DNA of 58,086 bases from contig CAMAPH010000016.1 of NCBI GenBank assembly GCA_945859975.1, positions 1 through 58,086 on the forward strand, written 5' to 3'. Shown here piece by piece: positions 46,430-55,277 of the stretch. Source of the stretch: Chthonomonas calidirosea. GTDB taxonomy: Bacteria; Armatimonadota; Fimbriimonadia; Fimbriimonadales; Fimbriimonadaceae. How positions within the stretch are numbered: the first letter of the stretch is position 1; each line of letters starts with the position of its first letter. The notes beneath the pieces were generated by a model that was given only the letters and a program-made list of their open reading frames with translations, was not told the origin of the DNA and did no database searches. A program made the translations under genes and the position numbers.

Positions 46430-48457
46430 GTGAGGCGATTCATAGATTCACTGCCCGGAAGGGTTATCAGCCAACTGGTCGTCCTGGCCTTACTGTTGCC
46501 GACTTTGACTCTTGGCCTACTCGCTCGGGCGATGGCGCAGGATGGAGTCGGTGGCATTCGAACGCCGCGAAATTTCGTAGCTGTAGTTGAGTTCAACAAC
46601 CTTAAAGAGGGTGGAACGGACTACGGTGCACGAGCACAAGCGGCTTTGATTGGCGAATACGCCAAGGTCGGGGATCCAGATCTCGAACTTTTGCCGCAGG
46701 AGGTTGTCAAACTGGCAATCGACCGCCTTGGGGTGGATTCACCACCAAAGGGATTGGTCAACCTACTGCGCGTGGCCCAAGAAGCTAAGGCGACGCGAGT
46801 CGTGACTGGCGACGTCGTGGACTACATGATCCGCGAAGTTAGTGGCGGCAAGCAGGCCGTCGTATCGGTTCGTGTTGTTGTTTACGACGTTGCCTCTGGC
46901 CTCACGGTCAACGGTGCAGCGGTTAAGGGCGAATCGACGATTCGACCCAGTTCGGTTGACAATCGATCTCTCGTCAACGACGCAATCAGCCAAGCTGCTA
47001 GCGTTGCGATCCGAGACATCACGGCAAGAAAGCTTCCGTTCGGAACGGTTCTCAACACGCTCACCACGAGCGCGCTGATCAACCAAGGAACCCGAACCGG
47101 ATTCCGACCTGGCATGCAGGTCATCGTCAAGCGAGGACGCGAGCAGGTTGCAACGGCTCGAATCTCGGAAGTTGAGCCAGACAGCTCTACAATTCAGATT
47201 CTCAACTCAACGAAGGGCCTCAAGCCTGGAGACCGAGTTGAAGCGATCTTCACCGTTCCAGCGGTTGCTGCAGGCTTCACCTCTTCTGGTCAGCCTCGAA
47301 TCGAGCGACCACGAAAGTCCGGTAACCCAAGCGGTCTTATCACTGCTTTGATCGTTCTCGGTCTTGCTGCAGTCCTTCTTGGCGGCGGCAACTCTAGCGG
47401 AAACAATCCAACTTCGGATGTGTTTGCCCAGACCTACATGGATGCGACGCTTGCTCCAGAAGACAGCGCGATCCAGATCAACTGGCGCATCAACGGATTT
47501 GCTAACGGCCGAGACAAGGTTCGATGGCAGGTTTGGCGAACGGACGTTCCAGAAGCTCCAGTTACCTTTGCTCAGGGTTCTGACAGTCAAGTCATTAACC
47601 GAAGCACCGATAACGCAACCACGAACTTTACGTGGCTCCAGAATACGGGCACTCCAGTAGGGCAGTGCTACGGAAATCCAGGCGCGAGCTCCGCCGCATT
47701 CCGACCGGTAACGGCTGGCACGGTTTACAACTACTCGGTTGAATTGGTTCAGGCCATTGACACGCTCAATGATCCAAACCAGACCGGTGGTGGTGGTGGT
47801 GGAAACGCAGGTGGTAATGCTGGTGGAAACGCTGGTGGTACTGCTGGCAATGCCGGCGGGACGACCGCAACTGCAGGTGGAACCACGGCAACTACGGGAA
47901 CCGGCGGCTTGACTACCGGCGGCACGACGACCACGGGTGGCACCACGGCTACGACTGGTACCACGGCAACCACGGGTACTGCTGGCACCACGGGAACAAC
48001 CTCGCAGACCATCTGCTGGGTTCTCTCAGACCGAGTTGCAGCTCGTGGATCGGCAACGGCTCTTCGCCGACCGACTCCTTCGGCTCCAACGGACGGTGCT
48101 CAGCTCAATGGAGTTAATGTCTTCTCCTTCGCAGTGACCGGTGCGACTGGCTTCAACACCCAGCTCGAAGCGGTTCTCGAGTTCTCGAACGACATCAACT
48201 TCGCGCAGCGAAATACGGCGATCGTGGCTCGAAAGAGTACGCGAGTCGGACCAGACAGCTTCCCATCGGTTGATGTCGGCTCCGCCGCGATTCCAGCGGC
48301 TATCCGCACGGCAGCAACCGTGTTCTGGAGAGTTGGAATCCGAAACGCATCAGACAGGCCTGGTGTCAAGCCAGAACGAAACGGATGGGGAGCGTATGTA
48401 TACAGCCTCAGCCGAACGTTCAAGCCACCGGTCGGTCCTCCGCCCCCGCCTCAGTAA
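46430..48457 (+). CDS. Large exported protein: CsgG/FlgT-like N-terminal domains, internal hydrophobic helix, beta-rich C-terminal region with a Gly/Thr tract
   Basis: GGAGG SD; signal peptide ending AMA|Q; VAVVEF.N...VVTGDV..Y...V.V.VYDVASG; ALINQG...G..PGM...V.R...VA...I..V......GLKPGDRV (FlgT C-like). Confidence 0.7.
   Translation: MRRFIDSLPGRVISQLVVLALLLPTLTLGLLARAMAQDGVGGIRTPRNFVAVVEFNNLKEGGTDYGARAQAALIGEYAKVGDPDLELLPQEVVKLAIDRLGVDSPPKGLVNLLRVAQEAKATRVVTGDVVDYMIREVSGGKQAVVSVRVVVYDVASGLTVNGAAVKGESTIRPSSVDNRSLVNDAISQAASVAIRDITARKLPFGTVLNTLTTSALINQGTRTGFRPGMQVIVKRGREQVATARISEVEPDSSTIQILNSTKGLKPGDRVEAIFTVPAVAAGFTSSGQPRIERPRKSGNPSGLITALIVLGLAAVLLGGGNSSGNNPTSDVFAQTYMDATLAPEDSAIQINWRINGFANGRDKVRWQVWRTDVPEAPVTFAQGSDSQVINRSTDNATTNFTWLQNTGTPVGQCYGNPGASSAAFRPVTAGTVYNYSVELVQAIDTLNDPNQTGGGGGGNAGGNAGGNAGGTAGNAGGTTATAGGTTATTGTGGLTTGGTTTTGGTTATTGTTATTGTAGTTGTTSQTICWVLSDRVAARGSATALRRPTPSAPTDGAQLNGVNVFSFAVTGATGFNTQLEAVLEFSNDINFAQRNTAIVARKSTRVGPDSFPSVDVGSAAIPAAIRTAATVFWRVGIRNASDRPGVKPERNGWGAYVYSLSRTFKPPVGPPPPPQ
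47786..48000 (+). repeat. Low-complexity Gly/Thr/Ala coding repeat (GGNA x3, then GTTATT-type units)
   Basis: Degenerate 12-nt units GGTGGAAACGCA / GGTGGTAATGCT / GGTGGAAACGCT / GGTGGTACTGCT. Confidence 0.8.
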
Positions 48458-48495
48458 ATCGAAGGAATAACTTCTCTGAAGTGACCCTTTAACCC

Positions 48496-48530
48496 GCTTA
48501 ACCCCGTCTAATACGCGGGGTTAAGCCTTT
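48496..48530 (+). terminator. Intergenic hairpin (terminator or mRNA-stabilising stem)
   Basis: GCTTAACCCCG-N9-CGGGGTTAAGC 11-bp stem followed by CTTT. Confidence 0.55.
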
Positions 48531-48549
48531 CGCACCTAGGAACTGAATC

Positions 48550-51375
48550 ATGCGCGTTAGAAATAAAAGTTTTGGAATTGCCGCTCTCATCGCGTGCAGT
48601 GCCTCCGTTTTTGCCCAAGGTGGAGCGTCATTCGACCCCTCTTGCTGGCCGCCAATGAGTACGACAGGTCCCAGCACGGACTACCTCGTCTACAAGCTGA
48701 CCGATGATGTGCCCTTCATCGCTGGACCGCAAACAAACAACTTTCTGTTTGGCGTTTCCATCGGCGTAAGTGGAACCGACGCATACGGCGCTCAGTGCGT
48801 AGGTCCAAACGGTGCCACATTCAATACGCCTGGCCGTTTCGGATTTACAACCGGTTCTCTAGGTTCAATTCAAACGACCGCTGACGATTTTCTCCGAACC
48901 AACTTTGGAATGCCTTACATGGTGGGTGGCTCGATTGGCTACACCATGCTCATTCAGCAAAATGCTGATGGCTCCAACCAACAGAAGATTCGCTTCGGCG
49001 GTAACGGAATCCGTCTCGCGTTCGTCGGCGCTAGCGACCGATACTGCATCACCGAAACTGAAGCTGGTGACTTTACGATTCGTCTTCAAACAGACGTGAT
49101 CGGCGATGCCGCGCGCATGAGCTATCGCCTCACGAACAACGCGACTGAAATTCGACGCGCTGGCCTTTGGATGGGCAGCGAAATTCAGCTGACCGACCAG
49201 AACGGATTCAGCGGAGCTCCTGGCTACGTTTTCGCTCCCGGCTACCGACCGTTTACTACAGGAAGGCGGTTCCGACGCGGTGCAGATGGCACGACTTTTG
49301 ACGCAGAAGGCGTTCAAGTTCTTCCGATGCCGAATACGGTGTCGTTCGGAATCAATCAAGAACTTGCATACGGCCTCCAGGTTGTGACCACGGCTGCCAC
49401 GAGCAATGGTCGAGCAACGAGCGATCAGACTCCATCGGACGAAATTGCAGTCGGTAACGCTGACTTCGGCGCAGCTGATAATGGTCTCATCGGCAACTTC
49501 GCCAATAACGGTGCGACGATGGCGGACCAGCTCATTTCACCCGACATCCTCGTCGTTGACTGGGCGTTCCTCCAGAAGTGGAACCCAGAAATCGTTGCTG
49601 CTGGTTCTTCGCGAACGATCAACGCTTACTACAAGACCACTTGGGGTGTTTCTGACTATGCCGCTCCATTTGCGGTCGTCGCAGACGCACCACCCGTGAT
49701 CACGACGGCAGCCGGAGACGCAAACACTCTGACGCCGAATCCGTCCACCTTCCGCGTTTATGTGGACAACACTCGGGGCTACTCGACGATCGATCGTGAA
49801 TTCACCCTCACGAATGTTCGTGTTGAGTTGAACCTGCCGCCGGGCATGACCGATGCCGCGGATCCGACTCGAACGCGAATCACTCGAGTGATCAACCAGA
49901 TTCTTCCGCGAAACATTGGTTTCGTGGACTTCCAGGTCCAAGTAAGCAACGAAGCCAACGGAATTCTTCCGTACACGGTCAAGGTTGACTCAACCACCGG
50001 TGCATCGAAGACTCTCACGGGCTCGATCAACGTAGCTACCACTCCACGACTTGGTCTGCCTGCAACGGCTAACCTGGTCGGATCGCCTTGGACGTATCAG
50101 GTCACGAACTGGGAAACCATTTTGGGCTTGCAGGTCAACCAAGACTTCCAGGCGTTCACTTACGATCCTGCCCAGCGAGAGTATGTGATCCAGACTGGTC
50201 CTCAGCGAGGCCGCGGTACCTGGCTCGTATTCGGTCAGCCACAGGGAACGGTTGTTCTCGGCGGCTCGCCAACGACCCCAGCCGACACCACTACCGGAGC
50301 GGCGCCACAAACGCTGCAATCAGGCTGGAACTTGATCGCGAACCCGTATAACTTCTCGGTGCCGCTCGGACAGCTCAGCGGTATCTCGGCAGCGGACCCA
50401 GGCAACGTTCTCACGTTCCAAGAACTGGTCAACGCCAGCTTCGTGAGCGGATCGCTCGCTTACTGGGACAACACCAGTCCAACGCCAGAGTACAAGTACA
50501 TCTCGAACACGACTGACTTGATCCTTCCGAACAAGGGTTACTGGATCTTCGTGAACACTCAGCAGCAGCTCACGATGTCCTTCCCGCCGGTCTTCGAACC
50601 ATTCCTCCCAAGCGGCGCAGCCGTTCAGGGTAACTCGGCGAAGTCTTGGAAGCTCCAGCTTTCGGCTCGAACGGACAAGATGGTCGACGCTCAGAACTTC
50701 GTTGGAATCGCTGCAAGCGCAGCGGCCGCAGAGAAGGCAACTGCCTACGAAGCACCAATCGCTCCGCTCGACGGCGCGATCAGCCTGTCCATTCGACAGG
50801 AGAAGGGTGGAAAGGTTGAGAAGCTCGCTCAGTCCTTGGTTGAAAAGGTCGCTAAGCAGACTTGGAACGTCGAAGTCTTCACGAAGGAAGATGGCCCGGT
50901 AACCGTTACCTGGCCAAATCTTGCTGGCGTCCCACGAAACGTTCAGTTCCGCATCACCGACAAGGCAACCGGCCGCTCGACGAACCTTCGACGAGCTTCT
51001 GGTTACACGTTCCAGGCTGAGGCCCGAACCACTCGACAGTTCACGGTCGAAATGGAGCCAGGCGCAACGGCCCGACCAGTCATCGGAATGGTAACGGCGA
51101 TTCGAAGCAGCAAGCTCGCCAACGCTCCTCTCAACATCACCTACACGCTGTCTTCCGAGGCAACGACTACGGTGCGAATCTTGAGCGGTGGTCGAGAGAT
51201 CAGCACGGTGGTTCGAGCTCGAGCGGATAAGACCGGTCAGAACTCGATCGTGTGGAATCTCCGAGACGGTGCAAACCGAGCGGTCGCTCCTGGACCATAC
51301 ACGGTTGAAATCACTGCGGAATCGGCAGACGGCGAACGCGTCCGACGCTTCTTCCCAGTCAACGTCACCCGATAA
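48550..51375 (+). CDS. Large secreted beta-rich protein with a C-terminal FlgD-Ig-like domain
   Basis: Signal peptide ending VFA|Q; L.SGWNLIANPY; C-terminus ITYTLS...VRI...GREI......G.NSIVWN.RD...R.VAPG.Y.VEI.A. Confidence 0.8.
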   Translation: MRVRNKSFGIAALIACSASVFAQGGASFDPSCWPPMSTTGPSTDYLVYKLTDDVPFIAGPQTNNFLFGVSIGVSGTDAYGAQCVGPNGATFNTPGRFGFTTGSLGSIQTTADDFLRTNFGMPYMVGGSIGYTMLIQQNADGSNQQKIRFGGNGIRLAFVGASDRYCITETEAGDFTIRLQTDVIGDAARMSYRLTNNATEIRRAGLWMGSEIQLTDQNGFSGAPGYVFAPGYRPFTTGRRFRRGADGTTFDAEGVQVLPMPNTVSFGINQELAYGLQVVTTAATSNGRATSDQTPSDEIAVGNADFGAADNGLIGNFANNGATMADQLISPDILVVDWAFLQKWNPEIVAAGSSRTINAYYKTTWGVSDYAAPFAVVADAPPVITTAAGDANTLTPNPSTFRVYVDNTRGYSTIDREFTLTNVRVELNLPPGMTDAADPTRTRITRVINQILPRNIGFVDFQVQVSNEANGILPYTVKVDSTTGASKTLTGSINVATTPRLGLPATANLVGSPWTYQVTNWETILGLQVNQDFQAFTYDPAQREYVIQTGPQRGRGTWLVFGQPQGTVVLGGSPTTPADTTTGAAPQTLQSGWNLIANPYNFSVPLGQLSGISAADPGNVLTFQELVNASFVSGSLAYWDNTSPTPEYKYISNTTDLILPNKGYWIFVNTQQQLTMSFPPVFEPFLPSGAAVQGNSAKSWKLQLSARTDKMVDAQNFVGIAASAAAAEKATAYEAPIAPLDGAISLSIRQEKGGKVEKLAQSLVEKVAKQTWNVEVFTKEDGPVTVTWPNLAGVPRNVQFRITDKATGRSTNLRRASGYTFQAEARTTRQFTVEMEPGATARPVIGMVTAIRSSKLANAPLNITYTLSSEATTTVRILSGGREISTVVRARADKTGQNSIVWNLRDGANRAVAPGPYTVEITAESADGERVRRFFPVNVTR

Positions 51376-51384
51376 GAAAACTGT

Positions 51385-51417
51385 GGCCGCGCGACGTACT
51401 TCCGTCGCGCGGCCTTC
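51385..51417 (+). terminator. Intergenic GC-rich hairpin
   Basis: GGCCGCGCGACG-TACTTC-CGTCGCGCGGCC perfect 12-bp stem; weak T tail. Confidence 0.55.
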
Positions 51418-51436
51418 GTCTATCTCATAGGCCCTC

Positions 51437-53479
51437 ATGCTCCTGCGGCACCAACATCGAATCCTGGCATCGGCGCTGCTTCTTGCGTCTCTCGCTAGTG
51501 TTGCGTCCGCGCAACAGGGCATTCAACTTTCAAGCTTTCCGCTACGCAGCGCCGCCGACGGTCGCAGCACCGTAACCATCACCGCCATCGTGCGTAGCGC
51601 GAACGGTTCCGTTGTTCCCGACGGAACGCTGGTGAACTTCACCGCGAGTCAGGGCCGATTTCGGCAGGACAGTGTCCCAACCCAGCGCGGCGTCGTTAAT
51701 GCCGTCTACATTGCGGGCAATCTCCCCGGCCTCGTCACCATCTCGGCCTCCGCATTGGCTGGAAATGTCCCACCGGCAACGCTACAGGTTGAGCTTGTCG
51801 CCGATCGAAGCCAACTCTCATCCGCGCAGGAATACATCGAGGTCTATAGCGATGGCTTCCTTGAGTACACCGCTGACAGTCGGTTCGTTTCCGCCACTAC
51901 GCCAGATCAAGGCGTGAGCGTCCGATACCGCGACATCCTGATCAAAGCGGACGACGTCCAGATCGACTCCGGAAACTACATCGTCCGAGCCAAAAACGCG
52001 CGCCTTCGCCACGGAAAGATCGATCAGGTGTTTGAAGAGCTGTACATGCAGCTCAATCAGCGCACGGGCCAGGGCATTACGGCGATGCCGAGCAGCAGTT
52101 GGGAGACTGTTTTGTGGAATGGACATGGGCTGTCGTTCATGGAAAGCGATGGCGAAGAGGGCTGGAAGCTGGCAGAGATCCGTCAGCGAGTTGTCCCGGT
52201 CGAGATTCAGTTCGGGAAACTAAAGTTTGTCAACCCAAAGACTTTTGATCCGGAACGTACGCGCTTCCAAGAACTCGAAGTCTCTCCGAGCACGATCCGG
52301 GCCAAGAAAGCGGTCGTATTTCCAAACCGCGGTGTCCAGTTCCAGAAGGCGGAAGTCTTCGTCGGCGATACAAAAGTACTGTCGATGCCGATGTACGAGC
52401 TGAGTCAGTCAGCCCTGTCTCAGTCACCTCTCGTCACCGACCAGTTTGTGAGCATGTGGAACAACTCGCTCACCGTCAACTATCCGTACTTCACCTCGGT
52501 GAAGCCCGGGCAGACTAGCCTGTTCCGATTCCGAACCGGTGAGCTCTACGGCCGTAGCTCGGTGGCCAGCCGTGGCATGTTCCTTGACTATGAGCTCAAC
52601 TGGAACAAGGGAGATGAGCTTGACGGTTCCGTGGGTGTACAAGGACTCGGAAGAAACGATTGGGTGGCTTCCGCGCGGCAGTCTTGGCAGATTGGCGACC
52701 GAGCCAATGCTTTCTTCCAGGCCCAGAGCCCCGGCTTCAATAGCGCGTTCGGCTCGTTTGGCGCTACCAACCAGTTCAATGGTTTTCAGGGCCAGTTCAA
52801 CGGGAGCCTCAACAAGACTTTCCGCGGTCTCAAGTACACATCGCAAGATTACGGTCTTTCGCTCGAGAAGGACCCCATCAAAGTCGGGAAGCTTCCTGCC
52901 CAACTGAACATCGGAGTGAACGCCGCCTCCACGTCGAATAGCCTGCTGGAGACAACTGATCAAAGCAGCGGCGTCTATGCTCGGCTTCAATCCAATGTTT
53001 TAGCGGTGCCGGGCGTCGGAACGCTTCGGCTAGCTGGCCAAGTTCGACAAGCCAACAGTTCCAGAACCGGGGGCCGCACGAGCTATCTCGGCACCGCGAC
53101 CTTCTTTACTCCGGTCGCGCGCTGGGCGAGCCTGACTACAACTTACGACTACGTCCAGGATGGCGTTGAAGATCGGGTCCTGGGCAATCACCGCGTGTCC
53201 GTTCAAGGCTTCGCCCGATTGGGGCGCACCGAGCTAGACTTTAATGGTCTGCGAGCGCTCGAGGCCGATCGATTTACGCTCTATGGAAACCTTTCGTACT
53301 TCGTGAGCAAAATCTGGCGGCTTGGCTACCAATACACTTTCGACCGATTCAATGAATCTCAGTACCTGGATTACTTCGTCACTCTCGGCTACAGCATCGG
53401 CTGGAGAGAAGTGGGACTTATTTGGTCCCGCCAAACGAACCGTATTGGTTTCCAGATTCTCGGCTCTCGCATTTACTAG
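51437..53479 (+). CDS. Outer-membrane protein: invasin/Big_1 Ig domain, LptD-like jellyroll segment and predicted beta-barrel
   Basis: Signal peptide; ADG.STVTITA.V....G..VPDGT.V.F; V.VRY.D..I.AD.V; alternating aromatic beta strands; terminal Tyr. Confidence 0.65.
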   Translation: MLLRHQHRILASALLLASLASVASAQQGIQLSSFPLRSAADGRSTVTITAIVRSANGSVVPDGTLVNFTASQGRFRQDSVPTQRGVVNAVYIAGNLPGLVTISASALAGNVPPATLQVELVADRSQLSSAQEYIEVYSDGFLEYTADSRFVSATTPDQGVSVRYRDILIKADDVQIDSGNYIVRAKNARLRHGKIDQVFEELYMQLNQRTGQGITAMPSSSWETVLWNGHGLSFMESDGEEGWKLAEIRQRVVPVEIQFGKLKFVNPKTFDPERTRFQELEVSPSTIRAKKAVVFPNRGVQFQKAEVFVGDTKVLSMPMYELSQSALSQSPLVTDQFVSMWNNSLTVNYPYFTSVKPGQTSLFRFRTGELYGRSSVASRGMFLDYELNWNKGDELDGSVGVQGLGRNDWVASARQSWQIGDRANAFFQAQSPGFNSAFGSFGATNQFNGFQGQFNGSLNKTFRGLKYTSQDYGLSLEKDPIKVGKLPAQLNIGVNAASTSNSLLETTDQSSGVYARLQSNVLAVPGVGTLRLAGQVRQANSSRTGGRTSYLGTATFFTPVARWASLTTTYDYVQDGVEDRVLGNHRVSVQGFARLGRTELDFNGLRALEADRFTLYGNLSYFVSKIWRLGYQYTFDRFNESQYLDYFVTLGYSIGWREVGLIWSRQTNRIGFQILGSRIY

Positions 53480-55277
53480 TCTGGCCCTCGCGGGAACGGT
53501 TTCCGCACAACCCTTTGGTCGATTCGGCTACGGAAAAACCCCGTTCCACGACCTCGTCCAGTTCCGAAACGAAGGCATCGATTCAGAAGGGTCAGAGTCC
53601 CTGACGTTTCAAACCCCGCTGACAAAGCGAAAAATCCTAACCAGTTCATCCTTCGAGCAAACAATCGGCTATCTGCCACTTCCCGATTGCCCTACAAAGT
53701 TTAAAGTCTCCCTCACGGCCCCGGGCTTCTCGATGTTTGTCGATGGCAAACTCGTTCTCGGTTCCACCCAAATCGGTGCGCCCTACCTTACATGGTCCGA
53801 GGGTTCCGTGCGACAGGGAGTTCCTACGCCGGCCGTTCAATGGGTCGTCGTTTCATTCTCGCCAAACCAGCCCGCCTACATCTTTGGCTTTCCCGGAACC
53901 CCTGGAGCCATGATAATCCAAGGTAAGCCCGGCAATTGGCGCCTGGAACTGGCACCGCGAACTGGATGGATCCGAGTCGGGCGAGTGCAGGCCGTGGTTG
54001 GCACCAACTCCGCCGCTAGTCTCGGACAGCTCAAGCTAGCCGCACAAAAGTCCGCGTGGCTGTTCGCTCAGCCAGCTCCAGTATTGCTACAGACGAAAGT
54101 TGCGGCAACCAACAACTCGATCCAAGCAACGTGGACTTTCGACCGCCCTGGTGCTGTCCTTCCGGCCCCAATCTTTTTAGCGCGACTAGATGGGTTAAAC
54201 GTACGGCTCTTGAGCAAAACAGAGCGAATAAGCTCTACCGGTCCCCTCGGCCCGGTAGAAGTAGCGCTCGGAAAGGAACTCATCGTCCATCTACCCCTCA
54301 AGCGAATACCGACAGGTCGACCAGCTGCAATTGGATCTCCAACAACAAGTCCACCAGGCACCGTTTCACCGCTGGATGTGCCAAGCATTGCCGAGCTTGC
54401 TTTCGAAGTCATCCCGGCCTCGAGAGAACCGGAGGTCATCAAGATCGCTGAATCCGCCTATTCAGAGTTTCTAAGTCAGGTCCACTTTTCTCCCGAACCA
54501 GTTACCGGAACCCAGTTGCCGTTCCTAGAATCCGGGCGAGGTGCCGACCTGGCGGCCGCGCATGCCCTCTTGTCCCAAATCCTCGTGTCCACAAAGCGAG
54601 CATCCTCGGAAGAAAACTCGCTGTTTACCGGGCTGATCTGGGGGCAAGACTGGTTGACCTGGAAATTCACAGCGGCAGATCCAGCCATAAATCGACGGGT
54701 CGGTGCCTTTGCAGCCATTACAGGGGCATTTTGTCCCGAGCCAGAGCGAAGGCTCAGTGCCGCAATGTTTGAAGCCGGACTGGCAGCCGAGCGCGGCTAC
54801 ATCAGATGGCAAAATCGGCTGCATGCAAGTCCCGTCATTCGTACGATCACTCCAGACCTGTTAGAACCCATGTGGAATCTGCGAAAGACCATCTTCGGTT
54901 ACACCAATGTCTATTCCCCGATTGACCCCCCCGACCCTTTTGTATCACTTCTACGGTCCCCAATCCGGGCATATGCGGAACCGGCCTTCACCATCACCAA
55001 GGATGAAACCGGCCTAACGTGCACTTGGAGCGCCCTGCATTTGAGAAGTCAAGGACTCGCCTTTGCATCCAGCGCTCCGATCAAGTTCTTCGCGAAACAA
55101 AACCTAACCGATCTCACCGCCACTAGCGCCCTAGGAATCGCCGAAGTCCGGTTCACACCCGAAACAACCGGTGCCTGCACCGCGAAGCTGGATTGGCCTA
55201 CTTGGGCGCCGGAGATTCCGGCTTGGGCTCCGCCGCCTCGCTACTCTGAAACTCCGCGGCCAATAGATCTTCGTTGA
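53445..55277 (+). CDS. Hypothetical secreted protein
   Basis: About 610-aa ORF with a signal-like N-terminus (SRFSALAFTSLALAGTVSA|Q); start uncertain; overlaps both neighbours. Confidence 0.6.
   Translation: MVSRFSALAFTSLALAGTVSAQPFGRFGYGKTPFHDLVQFRNEGIDSEGSESLTFQTPLTKRKILTSSSFEQTIGYLPLPDCPTKFKVSLTAPGFSMFVDGKLVLGSTQIGAPYLTWSEGSVRQGVPTPAVQWVVVSFSPNQPAYIFGFPGTPGAMIIQGKPGNWRLELAPRTGWIRVGRVQAVVGTNSAASLGQLKLAAQKSAWLFAQPAPVLLQTKVAATNNSIQATWTFDRPGAVLPAPIFLARLDGLNVRLLSKTERISSTGPLGPVEVALGKELIVHLPLKRIPTGRPAAIGSPTTSPPGTVSPLDVPSIAELAFEVIPASREPEVIKIAESAYSEFLSQVHFSPEPVTGTQLPFLESGRGADLAAAHALLSQILVSTKRASSEENSLFTGLIWGQDWLTWKFTAADPAINRRVGAFAAITGAFCPEPERRLSAAMFEAGLAAERGYIRWQNRLHASPVIRTITPDLLEPMWNLRKTIFGYTNVYSPIDPPDPFVSLLRSPIRAYAEPAFTITKDETGLTCTWSALHLRSQGLAFASSAPIKFFAKQNLTDLTATSALGIAEVRFTPETTGACTAKLDWPTWAPEIPAWAPPPRYSETPRPIDLR

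Noticed and set aside
55198..55277. 80-nt convergent overlap of nadB and the hypothetical gene as a sign of frameshift
   Set aside because: The nadB conserved end (GLHF) is intact and both tails look low-information; compatible with ordinary 3' overlap
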